A DNA stretch of 64,000 bases from Eledone cirrhosa (GCA_964016885.1 OZ024742.1:187550001-187614000); one strand, 5' to 3'; positions 42,827 through 57,779 are shown, numbered from the stretch's first letter. Numbers and translations: made by a program. Notes: generated by a model not told the origin, from the sequence alone.

Positions 42827-43332
42827 ACCCCAACGGCTGAGCTCAAGCCGTTTCGACGGCTAATTCTGGACTGAATGGAAATTTATTGTGGTATTTAAAT
42901 AGCCGAGCTTGTCAAGGGGTAATTCTATATATGGTCAAAGAGATAAACACCAGGATTGGTCACATCACAAGTTAGTAGTAAATCTGTGATGGCAAAATGG
43001 TGGGGGAAGGGGTAGCTGAACCTGCCGGTAAGAGAAGAGGGGAGAGGGGGTAGAGTAGACCCATTCAAGCGTTGGTGGTGCCGGCTACAGCTGGGTGTGA
43101 GGTCAAAGAGGATACTGGGGAGGTGGAGGGGGGGGGTCGAAACGGTAAGTAAGAACAATGAAGGGTAAAACTATGAAAAGTACTGAGAGAGAAAAGAAAA
43201 AATAAGCAAGGTTTGGTTACTAAGACTTAAGTCTCTCGCTATTGCTAGGCTAAAGAAATACATAAATAAATAAATAAATAAACAAATAAGTGAATAAAAG
43301 AATAGATAAATAAATAAATAAATAAATAAATA

Positions 43333-43363
<31 letters not shown>

Positions 43364-44671
43364 TATAATGAAGAATAAAAATAAATAAAAATAAACTAGG
43401 TGGGACGGAAATAGAGGGACCCTTATACGAGGTATAAGTGCGTGTATCGTACGGTGACGGGTCGACAAAGGGGGGTCCAAAATACTAAAGAGACTACCAC
43501 GAAATAATAAAGGTTTCTACCCCGATCACGGGGCCAGCAACCACCCAGAGCAAGAAGGTAAACTAGTATGAGAATATAGTTCAGGGTCCCGCAAAAAAAT
43601 ACTCGTGCTAACTCTAAGGGTACCGCCACGAAACAAAAAGTCTTATACAAGCTACATGAAGGATCGTGCGAGGTAAAAGTAAGGAACGGAAAATTAATAC
43701 AGAACCCCCCCCCCCCCCACAAAAAAAAATGGAAAAAGAGGAAAGAAATACTGGTTAAACGAAAAATTAAAGCAAAAATGCCACTAAGAAATATAGAAGG
43801 CACGGAAAAAAGGGACAGCGGTCGGAAAAGGGGACAAGTATCTGAAGTCTAACACCCCTGCTATAAAAAGCGGAGTCAGCCAAATCTATCATAGAATAGG
43901 GGAGTGGGGGGGTGCTGCAGCGACAAGGGACCGAGGGGCTACCTCGGGTGGGCGAGAAAAAGACGACGACAAAGAAAGGGAACTGGGGTAGAAGGGTTAG
44001 GGAGGGATGGGGGTAAGGAGGAAATATAAAGGAAGCGATAAAAGAAAGTAAAAGAAGGTCTTACGTCTCCATTGGCAACAGGGGTTACCCCTTACAAAAT
44101 AGGCAAGTGGGGTGTTATTCTTTTATTCACTTATTTGTTTATTTATTTATTTATGTATTTCTTTAGCCTAGCAATAGCGAGAAACTTAAGTCTTAGTAAC
44201 CAGACCTGGCTTATTTTTTCTTTTCTCTCTCTCAGTACTTTTCATAGTTTTACCCGTCATTGTTCTTACTTACCGTTTCGACTTACCCCCCATGTATCAT
44301 CTTTGACCTCACACCCAGCTGTAGCCGGCACTACCAACGCTTGAATGGGTCTACTCCACCCCCTTCTCCCTTCTTCTCTTACCGGCAGGTTCAGCTACCC
44401 CTTCCCCCACCTTTTTGCCATCACAGATTTACTACTAACTTGTGATGTGACCAATCCTGGTGTTTATCTCTTTGACCATATATGGAATTACCCCTTGACA
44501 AGCTCGGCTATTTAAATACCAGAATAAATTTTCATTCAGTCCAGAATTAGCCGTCGAAACGGCTTGAGCTCAGCCGTCGGGGTCTTACTTGTTCTTATTA
44601 CCCACTCTACTACCCTAAGTATTGAGTACTTTGGTGCGTTATGGTCCACTTCCTTACCACATTCCCTTCGT

Positions 44672-44672
<1 letters not shown>
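42824..44672 (+). mobile_element. Long non-coding fold-back insertion of family A (antisense 42824-44113 + sense 44116-44672)
   Basis: ~480-bp inverted arms 42824-43304 / 44116-44588; same tail as the short copies; TA flanks; no credible ORF. Confidence 0.85.
44490..44583 (+). ncRNA. Type I hammerhead motif with U3:A8 core variant (antisense copy at ~42827-42921)
   Basis: acccc-TTGACAA-g..cggcta...tagccg.c-GAAAC-GGCT-tgagctc-AGCC-GTC-ggggt. Predicted cleavage after 44578. Confidence 0.75.
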
Positions 44673-44707
<35 letters not shown>

Positions 44708-45309
44708 TACATGAACATATACATATATGGAAACTACGCAGCGAACGCTCACTCTGGTGAACTTACAATAACTGGCCGTTACATTCCCTATATATAATTA
44801 TATATATCAAAGGACTCGACTGCTATTTCTAGTTGTAGATAACCCTATTCACGCCAGTGGGATGAAGCTGGTACGATGTGTGTATTTTTGATAAGTGCAA
44901 CACGTGCTGCTAGCCATTCGCAGATTTGGATTTGCTGCGTAAGCACATATAGTTATGTCTTCTTCCTTGTTGAAAATCCGATTTGGCTACTGTGGTTTCC
45001 CGAAAATTTATTGGTGAAATATATTTCTTAAGATTAATCCATTTATAAGGTATCTATTTTTAAAGATCTCGTTAAACTTTAATTAGTTACCTACCTAGCT
45101 ATGTCTGCTTACACACTTTTACAAATTATTCCCTGTGATTGTTTCATATGTTTATTTTAGATATATATATGTCAATCAATTTCTAGTTGATATAAAATGC
45201 TCGGATCTATACATTCGAATCGTGGAGCATATTCTACAGTGGATATGCGCATGTCTCTCTGACATGACACCCTTAAATTAATTTAATTTAATATTGAATA
45301 TATAAAATA

Positions 45310-46477
<1,168 letters not shown>

Positions 46478-46492
46478 TATATATATATAGAC

Positions 46493-46529
<37 letters not shown>

Positions 46530-46558
46530 TGTGTATATATATACTGTATATGTATATA

Positions 46559-46748
46559 TATACAAAGTGTTAAAACGATCAAATTTTAGTTTAGAACATT
46601 TATTTGCTGACAATTGTTTCTCCCAGAGGGCAGTCTGGAGGAAACAATTGTCAGCAAATAAATGATCTAAACTAAAATTTATTCCTCTTAACACTTTGTA
46701 TCTCGGCTCTGTAAAACACTTGAAAATTTGTATTGAGCCTTTTGTCAT
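46559..46748 (+). mobile_element. Short fold-back with HHR 3' half (GAAAC-AATT-GTC)
   Basis: Arms ~46560-46626 / ~46634-46700; TA left flank. Confidence 0.6.
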
Positions 46749-46792
46749 ACCGGTAACCGGCTAGTACTTAGTACTACCCTACATATTTATAG

Positions 46793-47471
46793 TATATCAA
46801 ACATATATAAATATAAATATTCTTATTACATATATATATATATTAATTTAGGTTTTTTGGTTCACCACTGGATAGAAGTAGTCATTCCGTATGGTAAACC
46901 TCGATGTAATATTATGAAGAGCACTCAACGTAATGCAACTCACCCATCTTCTTTTGTGTTGTTGGTGGTGGGAGTAAAGAGTTAATTATTATAAAATAAC
47001 AGGAGGCTGGACTGGTGTAAATCCTTGAAAGGTTTATTACGATATGATCATTTCAGTGACCGGGTTCAATATGAATCCGGTGATCGACAGGTATTCGACA
47101 GGTATTCGAAATATAAACAAAGGAATATAATAGACGAAATACATGGGGCTGAAAATCAGAGACATGAGGGCGACCGAATATTTGGAAGCTTCTACCTCGG
47201 TCGGATTGTAACCTGATTTGAACGTTGGCCTCTGTGTTTGACGGGGTGGTAGTAGTACACTATAAGCCTACGCCCCTTCACTGAATGGACATAAGTAGGC
47301 TTAATAATCACCACTTGAGGGCGGCCGACCGAGGTATAAGCTGCTATATGTTTGGTGGCCCTCATGTCTCTGATTTGCAGCCCCATGGATTTTGTCTATT
47401 ATACCTTTGTTATATTTCGAATACCTGATGATGTCACTGTATTCATACTGAACCCTGTCATTGAAATGATC

Positions 47472-47516
<45 letters not shown>

Positions 47517-47547
47517 AGAATATTTATATTTATATATGTTTGATATA
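46793..47547. mobile_element. Old nested fold-back with decayed HHR
   Basis: 46793-46828 is inverted at 47513-47547; 47043-47205 is inverted at 47325-47475. CTGATGA...GAAATGATCATA at 47425-47474. Confidence 0.55.
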
Positions 47548-47570
47548 ACTATATATATATATATATATAT

Positions 47571-47761
47571 TAATTTATTAAAATAACAGATTAAAGTTTA
47601 AGCAAAGAATCGCTGCTTTCACCGTTAAGCACCGATTTATTGCTTAAACTTTAATCTGTTATTTTAATAAATATTTGCTCTAGGGTTCTTATATATTTTA
47701 TATATATTTATCCTTAACGAGCCCTCTTTGGATTTTAGTCTTCAAATTTATTATTATTACT
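47571..47761 (+). mobile_element. Short fold-back plus tail (related copy 4950-5071)
   Basis: aataacagattaaagtttaagcaa inverted; tail ccctctttggattttag..ttctaa/ttcaaatttattattattac shared with 5032-5070. Confidence 0.65.
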
Positions 47762-47781
47762 ATATATATATGTATGTATAA

Positions 47782-47820
<39 letters not shown>

Positions 47821-47822
47821 TA

Positions 47823-48005
47823 TTGGTAAACGGAATAGAAAATGCTGACAAATTGTTCACAGTTAAAAATAGTTTAATTAGGAATAAGTGAGAATTAGTA
47901 ATTGTATTGGTTAGTATTCAGTTTTGGTTTTAAGTTTTACCGGTTGGGCATTTCTAATGCTTTTCAAAAATAATTTTGAGATAGAGCGTCCGTGATGTTT
48001 GCTCT
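47823..48005 (-). mobile_element. TA-inserted repeat family C (copies 49868-50060 +, 59036-59211 -)
   Basis: Three ~185-bp homologous copies, all beginning at a TA tract; each carries an HHR-like motif. Confidence 0.75.
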
Positions 48006-48810
48006 TATATATATACATATATTTATGTGTGTGTGTGTAGTACACGCGCGTGTTTGTGATAGCGTTTTGTTTTCATTAGCAATCGGTGAAAAAAGAGATC
48101 GATAAAATAACTACAAGTCTTTAACAAAATTAATCAGTACTGGGATAGATATGATCGACTAAATCCGACCAGAGCGGTGTCCCAGCATGGCCGCCGTCTA
48201 ATTACCGAAATTTGTGAATAAATTAATATATAATAGTGAGTGTCTTTCTATGATAGTTTGCGTGTCTGTGTGTATACATGTGTGTATATGTGTGCGTGTG
48301 TATGTGTATGTGTGCATCTGGGTATGTGTATGTGTGTGAATGTGTGTGTATTTGTGTGTATTTCTGGCTATGCATGTGTGTGGGTTTGTATATTTCAATG
48401 TAACGCTTCAGACACCATAAATAATGGTTTCATATTCATACTGTGTTCAACTAAGCTTAGCTGTATCTACATGCAGCTTTCAAAGAAATACATGAGCTAT
48501 GTTGGAAGTGTAATGGCTGAAACGGACTTTAAACTAGCATGTGTGTTAGATATATCGGTAGTTGGAACTCCTTTCTACACCGTTTGTATACAATATACGA
48601 TACACGTACCTTCCTGAAAGCCGCAGGAACAAACTTATACGAGAATTATACACACACACTCACATTAGTTGTGATCAAACGTATATATATATATATATAT
48701 ATAGGTGTGTGTATCTGTGTGATTGTTTCCAATTGTGTATATATGTATGTGTATACTTATATATTGTTATATTTGGGGCGCTCATATTGTTATAATATAG
48801 CCAGAAATAA

Positions 48811-48990
48811 TAATTGTTTCTACATTTGGCACAAGGCTAGATATTACCCCGGTGTATTACTGGTAATTTATCATATCGACCCCGTAATGATGAAAGGCGA
48901 AGTTAACCTCGTCGGGATTTGAACTCAGACGGTAAAGTAAACTATGCTGGAAAACTGACAGTAAACTATGCTGGAAAGCATGGCGTAGGA
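48811..48990 (-). mobile_element. SINE, same family
   Basis: Reverse complement of the consensus with a small internal duplication. Confidence 0.8.
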
Positions 48991-49380
48991 CACTTAAAAT
49001 ACACTCACTATTTGCTTTGGATTGGTTTACGCTTCTGTATATTGTATATCCCTATAGTTAATTTAGCTGGCAATAATGTTTATCTTTGACTGACCAACCG
49101 TTAAGAATATAGATATAAATATATATATAGTCGATCACAGTTCTTTCATGACACACCTGTGACATCATCAGTGGTACTATTATGTTTCTCCCTTGTATTT
49201 ATAGTTGTTTGTGACTGTTTAATTCGAGGTTTAGTCGAAATTACCGGTGTTTGAAATTCATACATACACATGTGTGAATGTATTGATCTGTGCTTATATA
49301 TTTGGCGTGATACTGTTTTTTCACAGACATGCACATACGCACGCACACACGCACACAGACCGATACATATATATATATAG

Positions 49381-49540
49381 CGTAGGTGGCGAATTAGCAG
49401 AGTCGTTAGAACGTATGATAGAATGCTTTGCGGTATTCGTTTCGTGTCTCTGCTCTCTGAGTTCAAATCCCACCGAAGTCAACTTTTCCTTTCATCATTT
49501 CCCGGTCGATAAAAAAGTACCAGTCATATACTGGGGTCCA
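49381..49540 (+). mobile_element. Older SINE subfamily copy
   Basis: gaattagcagagtcgttag...gagttcaaatcccaccgaagtcaacttttcctttcatc...gtcgataaa. Confidence 0.7.
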
Positions 49541-49747
49541 TTCTTCCTCTATATCTCATTCTCACTCCCATTTTTTCACTTTCTATCCTTCTTTGGTAGA
49601 AATCAGCTGTATTGAAACCTTTTCAGGAGATAGGATCGGTCAGGTTTTAAAAAAATGCCATAGAACCTCCGTATGTCAATACGGCGCACCAACGACTTCC
49701 CCAAGAAGTATGGGGTCATTATAAATAGCTAACTCTAGAATCTGTAA

Positions 49748-49869
<122 letters not shown>

Positions 49870-49900
49870 CAAACAGCACGGACACTCTATCTCAAAATTA

Positions 49901-49937
49901 TTTTTGAAAAGCATTTAGAAATGCGCAACCGGTAAAA
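49901..49937 (+). ncRNA. Minimal hammerhead-like motif (U3:A8, GCAA in place of GAAA)
   Basis: ttt-TTGAAAA-gcattt-ag-aaatgc-GCAAC-CG-GTA-aaa. A related motif with GAAAC lies at 58884-58919 (-). Confidence 0.45.
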
Positions 49938-50055
49938 GCTTAAAAACTTAAAACCACAACTGAATACTAACCCATACAATCACTAATACTCTTTTATTCC
50001 TAATTAAACCATTTTTCAACTGTGAACAATTTGTCAGCATTTTCTATTCCGTTTA

Positions 50056-50110
<55 letters not shown>

Positions 50111-50113
<3 letters not shown>

Positions 50114-50253
50114 GAAGGAAGTGTGGTACGGAACCAGGTGGACCATAACGGACCAGTGTACTCAATACTTAGGGTGGTAGTGTGGGTGATAGGAAAATGT
50201 TCTAGAAAATGTTCTAGGCTTGAGCTCTGCCGTCGGGTCTAGAACATTTTCTT
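50111..50253 (-). mobile_element. Diverged short fold-back copy of family A
   Basis: Tail aatgaaggaagtgtggtacggaaccaggtggaccataacg plus a shortened hairpin around tgagctc. Confidence 0.7.
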
Positions 50254-50640
50254 ATATATATGTGTATATATACAAACATATTCTAGAGTTAGCTAGTTTG
50301 GGGGGTTCTTATAGAAAAATGTCAGAATATATTTCTGAAAGTAATTTTATTCTTTCTAGAGAGTAATTTTAAGTACGAATTAAAATAAATTGGATGATGA
50401 TGGACCCCAGCTGGAATCATCTTTCACTATTATCTAGGAGAGATGAATCATGTACCACCTAAGCATTATGGTGTAATTTCGTAATTAATCGCTCCTCAGG
50501 GGTCTCCCATAATGGGGAGACTATAGTTGCTGTTGATAACTACCAAGAGACGGTCATACAATTCTATGAGTTTCGTATTGATAATTACTTTGGTTTCTGT
50601 TCAAAGTGAATGATTACTGCTTATTTTACCCTCCCCCTAC

Positions 50641-50695
<55 letters not shown>

Positions 50696-50889
50696 GCTAG
50701 CTACCTAGCTAGCTATCTTTCACACACACACAATCTCTCCCTCGCGCATACACACATACGTCTTAAAGTGTTTCTGTTCGCACTTTATATTCGATCTAAC
50801 CAATAGAAACTATTGTGTTCTCTATAGTTGTCTCCATTTGCCTCTCTTTTCACATCTATTTCACTATATATATATATATATATATATAT

Positions 50890-51081
50890 AGGAACAAGTA
50901 AGACCCCGACGGCTGAGCTCAAGCCGTTTCGACGGCTAATTTCGTCCAGAATTAGCCGTCGAAACGGCTTGAGCTCAGCCGTCGGGGTCTTACTTGTTCC
51001 TATTACCCACTCTACTACCCTAAATATTGAGTACTTTGGTGCGTTATGGTCCACCTGGTTCCTTACCACATTTCCTTCGTT
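50890..51081 (+). mobile_element. Short fold-back PLE 3' end, family A
   Basis: Near-perfect inverted arms plus the family tail; TA flanks. Confidence 0.87.
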
Positions 51082-51103
51082 ATATATATATATATATATA
51101 TAT

Positions 51104-51713
51104 ATGGTGGCTGCCAACTCGTTTTCGAGTACGGCCACTACTTTATATCCATGTAGGAGAACCCCTACCGATGCGCTGAACGAGTGTGACTTTTTAGTCC
51201 AGCCAGCGACTTGAAAACTCTGGTACAAACACTACACTTGTGACAATTACTGACACATAGTGCTGGGCCCATGGTACCATGTGACGACAAGTGCAGAGAG
51301 ATCTCCAGATATAAAGCAATGCCTGTGCCGTGAAGCTTTTATAGTGAGCAAAGGCACTGCACAAAGCCAGTCCCACTCTCTTAACCAAGATGATATTTAC
51401 CAAAAAGAAGAACAAGTCAACATCATTGGATACCATCAGGGTTGCAGGTGTTATATCAGAGTTTTCCTTCTCCTAGAATTCTGCCTTGACAAAAGCTAAG
51501 GGGTCATCTCTCCCGGTGATTTTGGATGGCCATTGACTCTTAAGAGCTCCTTTGCCCTTTGACAGGTTTTGTTTTTAGTCCTGCAGGATGTCCAAAGTCA
51601 CCCTCCTCACCAAGAAACCTTGGTGGGGTTGCCAGTTTAGTCGCCAACGACCCGACCATGGGACAGGTTGTACTGGGATACATGTTACCAGTAGCACCAA
51701 CTGGTGACCTGAC
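51104..51713 (-). mobile_element. Internally deleted RTE-like element (5' UTR fused to C2H2 finger region)
   Basis: Minus strand has the RTE-like 5' UTR motif ggagaaggaaaactctga, then [24 protein letters not shown]. Confidence 0.65.
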
Positions 51714-51840
<127 letters not shown>

Positions 51841-51853
51841 CACACATATGTGC

Positions 51854-51995
<142 letters not shown>

Positions 51996-53218
51996 GTATG
52001 TATAAACTAAAACATTGTAATGTGTCGCTTGGTTTGTTATTTGTTTGCCTTTTGCATATATATATATATATATGTGCGTGTGTGTGTGTGTGTGAGAGAG
52101 AGCTGTATGTATCAGTGTTGTAGAGCAGTGTTGCCCTTTTTCAACTTATATAACTCACAAGAGCACACACGATTTCCATCACACCTACGTAGTTTCTTCA
52201 TTCACTTGAATAAATTACCTATACCTTCTTTCAAAAACTTACCTTTGACATCGGCCACCTCATCCATTTGTCTTTTAACCTTTCCCCTCTTATTTCTTTC
52301 ACTTTTCCCTCACGTTTTCACTTTCTTTGATTGCATTGTTTTCTCATACTTTATACTTTATCAATACATAAGCCTCGACACCAAGTAGCAGCTTTGGTTG
52401 CTATTTATGGCACTGTAATATAGCTAATTCATTTACATTGACACATGAGGTCTAATTGACTTGGCTCATAGTTCCAGCATTTCCAATAGAAAATCCTCTT
52501 AGGTGTCAGGTGTAGTTGCAGCTATTATGTTTTTGTGTAATAATACTCTAATCTCAAACGATTGCTATTAATATATCAAGAGATTCATAGTCAACCAATT
52601 TTCTCTCCTTTTGTTTGTTCGCGTGCCTTGATTTAGATTAGAAATAGCTTCTCTCAGAAGATAATGAATGGGAAAGAGATTTTAGTAAATTACCATTCAC
52701 TGACTAGATACAGTCCTTTTCCTCTGTCAAACCACGTGTTTCTTCTATTTAAAATTATCAAAAGAATTTTCTCCATTTTGCTCTCATATTCGTTTCCATA
52801 TTCCCAACTAAAGTTGAAGTTTTGATTTGTGTCAAAACTGTTTCCCTACCATAATAATCACATATTAAATTGTAAATTTTATTATTAGTGAAATGAATAT
52901 GGAATGTAATACTGCACATTTGACAGTACATTTCCTTAAGGAAATTATTGCCAAAATTGATAATTTTACATCTTATCAAAATACAATTTTCAAGATGCAG
53001 CATAGGCGAATGGTTATATTTACTTCCCATTCATAACCATAGTGAATATAATTTGGTAGATAGAAACCAGGTGGTACTTTAGGCAAGTGAATTCTTCTAG
53101 AGCATCCACTTGATCAATATCTCGTGAGTGGAATCCACCATATGTATACGTATATATATATATGTATACATAAGATGCGGCAAGTATCTCGTGGTAATGT
53201 CATGTCTTCAAGCTATTG

Positions 53219-53670
<452 letters not shown>

Positions 53671-53885
53671 TATATGTATGTTTAAGAATGTTTAGGTGGG
53701 TGTAAATATAAATACTGGGGTCATATCATTGACTATACACTTTCTGTGAGGTGCCTCAATATGGTCGCAGTCTAGTGTTTGAAACCAATAAACGTAAAAT
53801 AATAACCATAATAATAATTCAAAGCAATACTATGATGTCATATGTAAGGCAGTGTAATAGCCGTATCGTTTAGTTACGATTGCTT

Positions 53886-53973
53886 ACGTCATTAGTTTGA
53901 ATCAGGTCATAAGTTTGAATCACGTCATAAGTTTGAATCACGTCATAAGTTTGAATCACGTCATAAGTTTGAA
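53886..53973. repeat. 18-bp tandem repeat, ~5 copies
   Basis: cgtcataagtttgaatca repeated. Confidence 0.9.
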
Positions 53974-53999
53974 TAACACCAACCATGCCTATGATATAA

Positions 54000-54515
54000 A
54001 CCTTTATTTTCAATATAGAAATAATAAGAAAAGAAGGAAGCAAAAGGAAAGAAAAACTATGGGAATATAGAAAAAAAGGAGAGAAAGAAAGAAGAAAAGG
54101 CACGGGATGGGGAGGGTATGGCAAGAACTCTGGTGTTGCAGAAGAGAGAGGAGGGATGAAGGGGGAGAGTGGTTGAGCTTTGGCCTAGGGCAAGAGGGCA
54201 GAAGTGCTGCCCGCCGCTGACAATTCGGCTAAAGCATTCCCCCGGACGATGGCGGACGATGGCCAGTGATACCCGCTGCAACAGCCACCCAACATTGCAG
54301 GGCTCCCATCTTCAGACGGACCGCCGACGCTCAGATCTTGCGGAGGAGCTCAGCAGTACGGCGATCAAGTACGCCTGAGGTTTCTACGGCAACCTGTGCG
54401 AAGACGAAGCGGCCGGACAAACCCCGGTATTTGCATATTTTACATTATTCTGCGAGGCGAGCTACGATGCCGGGGTTGGTGGCAGAAGCGACTAAGTTGG
54501 AGGCATAAAACGTGT
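54000..54515 (-). mobile_element. CRE-clade LINE 3' fragment (restriction-like endonuclease C-terminus)
   Basis: Minus strand ARLAE*CKICKYRGL..FVFAQVAVETSGV...WLLQRVSLAIVR..GNA, matching the RLE pattern AE..K..KY...P.AVET.G...QRGNA. Confidence 0.75.
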
Positions 54516-55734
54516 CGCAGCAGGTGGCATCCCTACGTACTTATTTTATAACGATTGATTGGTGACATTTTTGCCTTATCAAATTATGACCGTGTAACTC
54601 CTGGGGTCAAATTGATCTTTCACTTCTGAATTTAGAGATGAGATAAAATGTCTCTCTAATACTGGGATTGAATCAATCAACAGTGTATCATCTCTACATC
54701 CAAGTAAAGGATTAACATGGTATAGGAAAGCCAAAATACCCGCATAACGGTCAGGAGTACAACATCGTCATATGAATATTATCGATATGTATATAGGAGA
54801 GAGTGAGAGAGAGAGCGAGAGAGGATAGATGGATAGATAAATAGATAGATAGAGAGGGAGAGAGAGAGAGAGAGTCTGTGGTTCTGAGACTATAAGTCAT
54901 GGGAGTACTCAATGCATGGGAAGATGCAGAGTGTGTATAGATATTTACAAAATTCCGACTTGTGCCGGGGGTAACCACATTGAGAAAAAAGGAACTCAGT
55001 ATATTGGTAGAGTATAGGCATCTTTATTATATATATATAAAAATGACACGAATGAACGAGATCTAGTCATGTAGAAGTTATTTCTACATATATACATAAT
55101 AAAGATGTATGTATATATATATATATATATATATATAATCAAATGAATCTATGGACATACTTTATAGTATATTGCTCTGATTATTTAATTTATTAATTCA
55201 TCATTGAGCCACATCGTGAATGGTTGCCAAAACATATATCTGTGACTTTGTTTAGTTTATGTATATGTAAATCTTTGTATTTAATAATCTCCCATTAGTT
55301 TGAGATGCAATTTGGGCAATATTGGGCTGCGCTTTCTAGCAACCAGCCCACTCGCTGTAAGCAACCAATACCATTCTTTCTGACTTGAACACTGCCACGT
55401 CACGATTTTTAGCCATTTTGAATTTGTTTCTGGCGGGGAATATTACTTGTCCTATGAGTTTCTTTCCTGACAAGTTCGAAGCTCGAATTTTTATCCTTAA
55501 TAGGATATCTCAAAATGCGAACGAAATGAGAGTGTAGAGACATAATCCCGGTAAGTGTGTAAGCTTTTCTTCTAACTTTAATTCTATACTTAATTGTGTA
55601 TGGTTGACGGTATATTTAGTCGATTTCCACGTGCTGTTGAAATGTTGCGTAAAATTCTATGGCGGTCGGCCGCGAAGAGATTGCTGTTGTTCATTTATTT
55701 TATATTTCTTCGTAGGTGCCTTATAATCTTATAG

Positions 55735-55886
55735 CCTGGTCTATTTCTGGACGGAAATAGCCGTCGAAACGGCTCGAGCTCTGCCGTCAGGGTCTTGAAC
55801 ATTTTCCTATTACCCACTCTACTACACTAAGTATTGAGAACTCTGGTGCTTTATGACCCACTTAGTCCCTTACCACACTTCCTTCG

Positions 55887-55889
<3 letters not shown>
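55735..55889 (+). mobile_element. Diverged family A 3' end
   Basis: gaaatagccgtcgaaacggctcgagctctgccgtcagggtc plus tail ending in (TA)n. Confidence 0.75.
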
Positions 55890-55944
<55 letters not shown>

Positions 55945-56230
55945 ATAATAATAAATGCGAAGATTAATAAATATATATATACGTGTGTGTGCGTGCGTGC
56001 GTGCATGCGTGGGCGCGCCTGTGTGCGTGTGTGTGTGTGTCTGTATGTGTGTATGTGGTATAATATTGATTGATCCTATTGAATTCAAGGACGTAAATGT
56101 AGTTTCTGCTCACTCCAACTGATTTAGTTTCTGATAATGGCAAAAAAAGTGCTCGAGAATCTTCCGTCATGCGTTATGACGCGTGCAATCATTTTCATAT
56201 CACTCTCACCTCCCTCTCTTTGTCTCACCC

Positions 56231-56315
<85 letters not shown>

Positions 56316-57036
56316 TGTTCTCATACATAGAGACGTAGCAGGAAGCTTAACGATCAATATAATTTTCATAAAAGCGGAACTTGTATTTCCTAAGATCGAA
56401 ATCAATTTTCAAATGTGTGCAGCATTTGGTTATATTATTGACTCTTTATATAGCAGCTATTGCTGAAAATGTTGTGACTTGAATTGTATAAAATACTGTA
56501 TTGTTTAAAATCTAAGAATCTTAATGGAATACGAGAGGCAATAGTTTGACAGGTTTAGAATAGCATTTTGCTATAATAAACCATCACAGCAGGGTGTTAC
56601 AAAACTCTGTGGATGGTTCCATAACAAGCTGCGTCATTTAAATTAGGTTCAATTTCGTATTTTCAAGCATGGCCGACTGGCTAAGAAGTTTGCATTGCAA
56701 TCGTAAAGATTCCTTTTCGATTGCAATGTGTCACATGGTAGGCATGTGGAGCAAGTTACATTTTTACGACCACCCAAAATTTATGAATGAAATTGTCTAG
56801 ATAGAAATTGTTTGGGTGAACTATACACACAGTGCTTTGAGCTCAAATAGCTAGCCACATTATGAACTGTCACACCGAATCTCCCTGAGAGTTATGTTCC
56901 TATAATATAAAATTGTCTGTACATATAATTCAATAAGCTAAGTTACACAATGTGTCACGCTGAATCTTCCCCGAGAAATATGAAATAATACTAATAATAA
57001 ACTCATCGATTATGTAATAATTCATTTAAAGACAAA

Positions 57037-57097
<61 letters not shown>

Positions 57098-57704
57098 TCT
57101 TTACCTATATATATATATAATTTTATAATTTTCTTATTTTACGTCTCTCATATATATATATATGTATATTAAGACATGGGGGAAGAAAAAATGGCTTCAC
57201 TTGTGCTTTCAACAAATTTATTTTCTTCACAAAATCCAAAAAGAATTTTTTTTAAAAAAAATTATTTTATAAATTAAGTTGTTGGTTGTTGGTTAGGTCT
57301 TAGGAGTTCTTGGTTAACGTAGGAGGTATTGTTTCGTTTTTAGAAAGACCTTTCACGCTGAGGTGCGCTTGTCAAACTGATGTGTATGTGGTGTGTTGTT
57401 CTATATATAGTGATTTAACATGTCTGTAGTGTGGTGGGGGTTTCTTTTCTCCCCCTTTAATAAGTGCATGGGTGTAGGTGTGTTGAAAACGTGTTCATAG
57501 CAGTAATGAGTTGAGACGGTGAGTAGGGTTGGGTGGGGAGAAATGTAGCAAGTGCGGCCTGCCCCGGTCATTCTCGAAAAATTCCATTATTCAGGGGAAA
57601 AAGCTTTTAGCATTGCTTTTGTGTTGAGAATGGTCACAGGCAAATCGCACCTGTCAAGTTTGTGAATAATTATTTTTATGTATATATATATAAATATATA
57701 CCTG

Positions 57705-57779
<75 letters not shown>

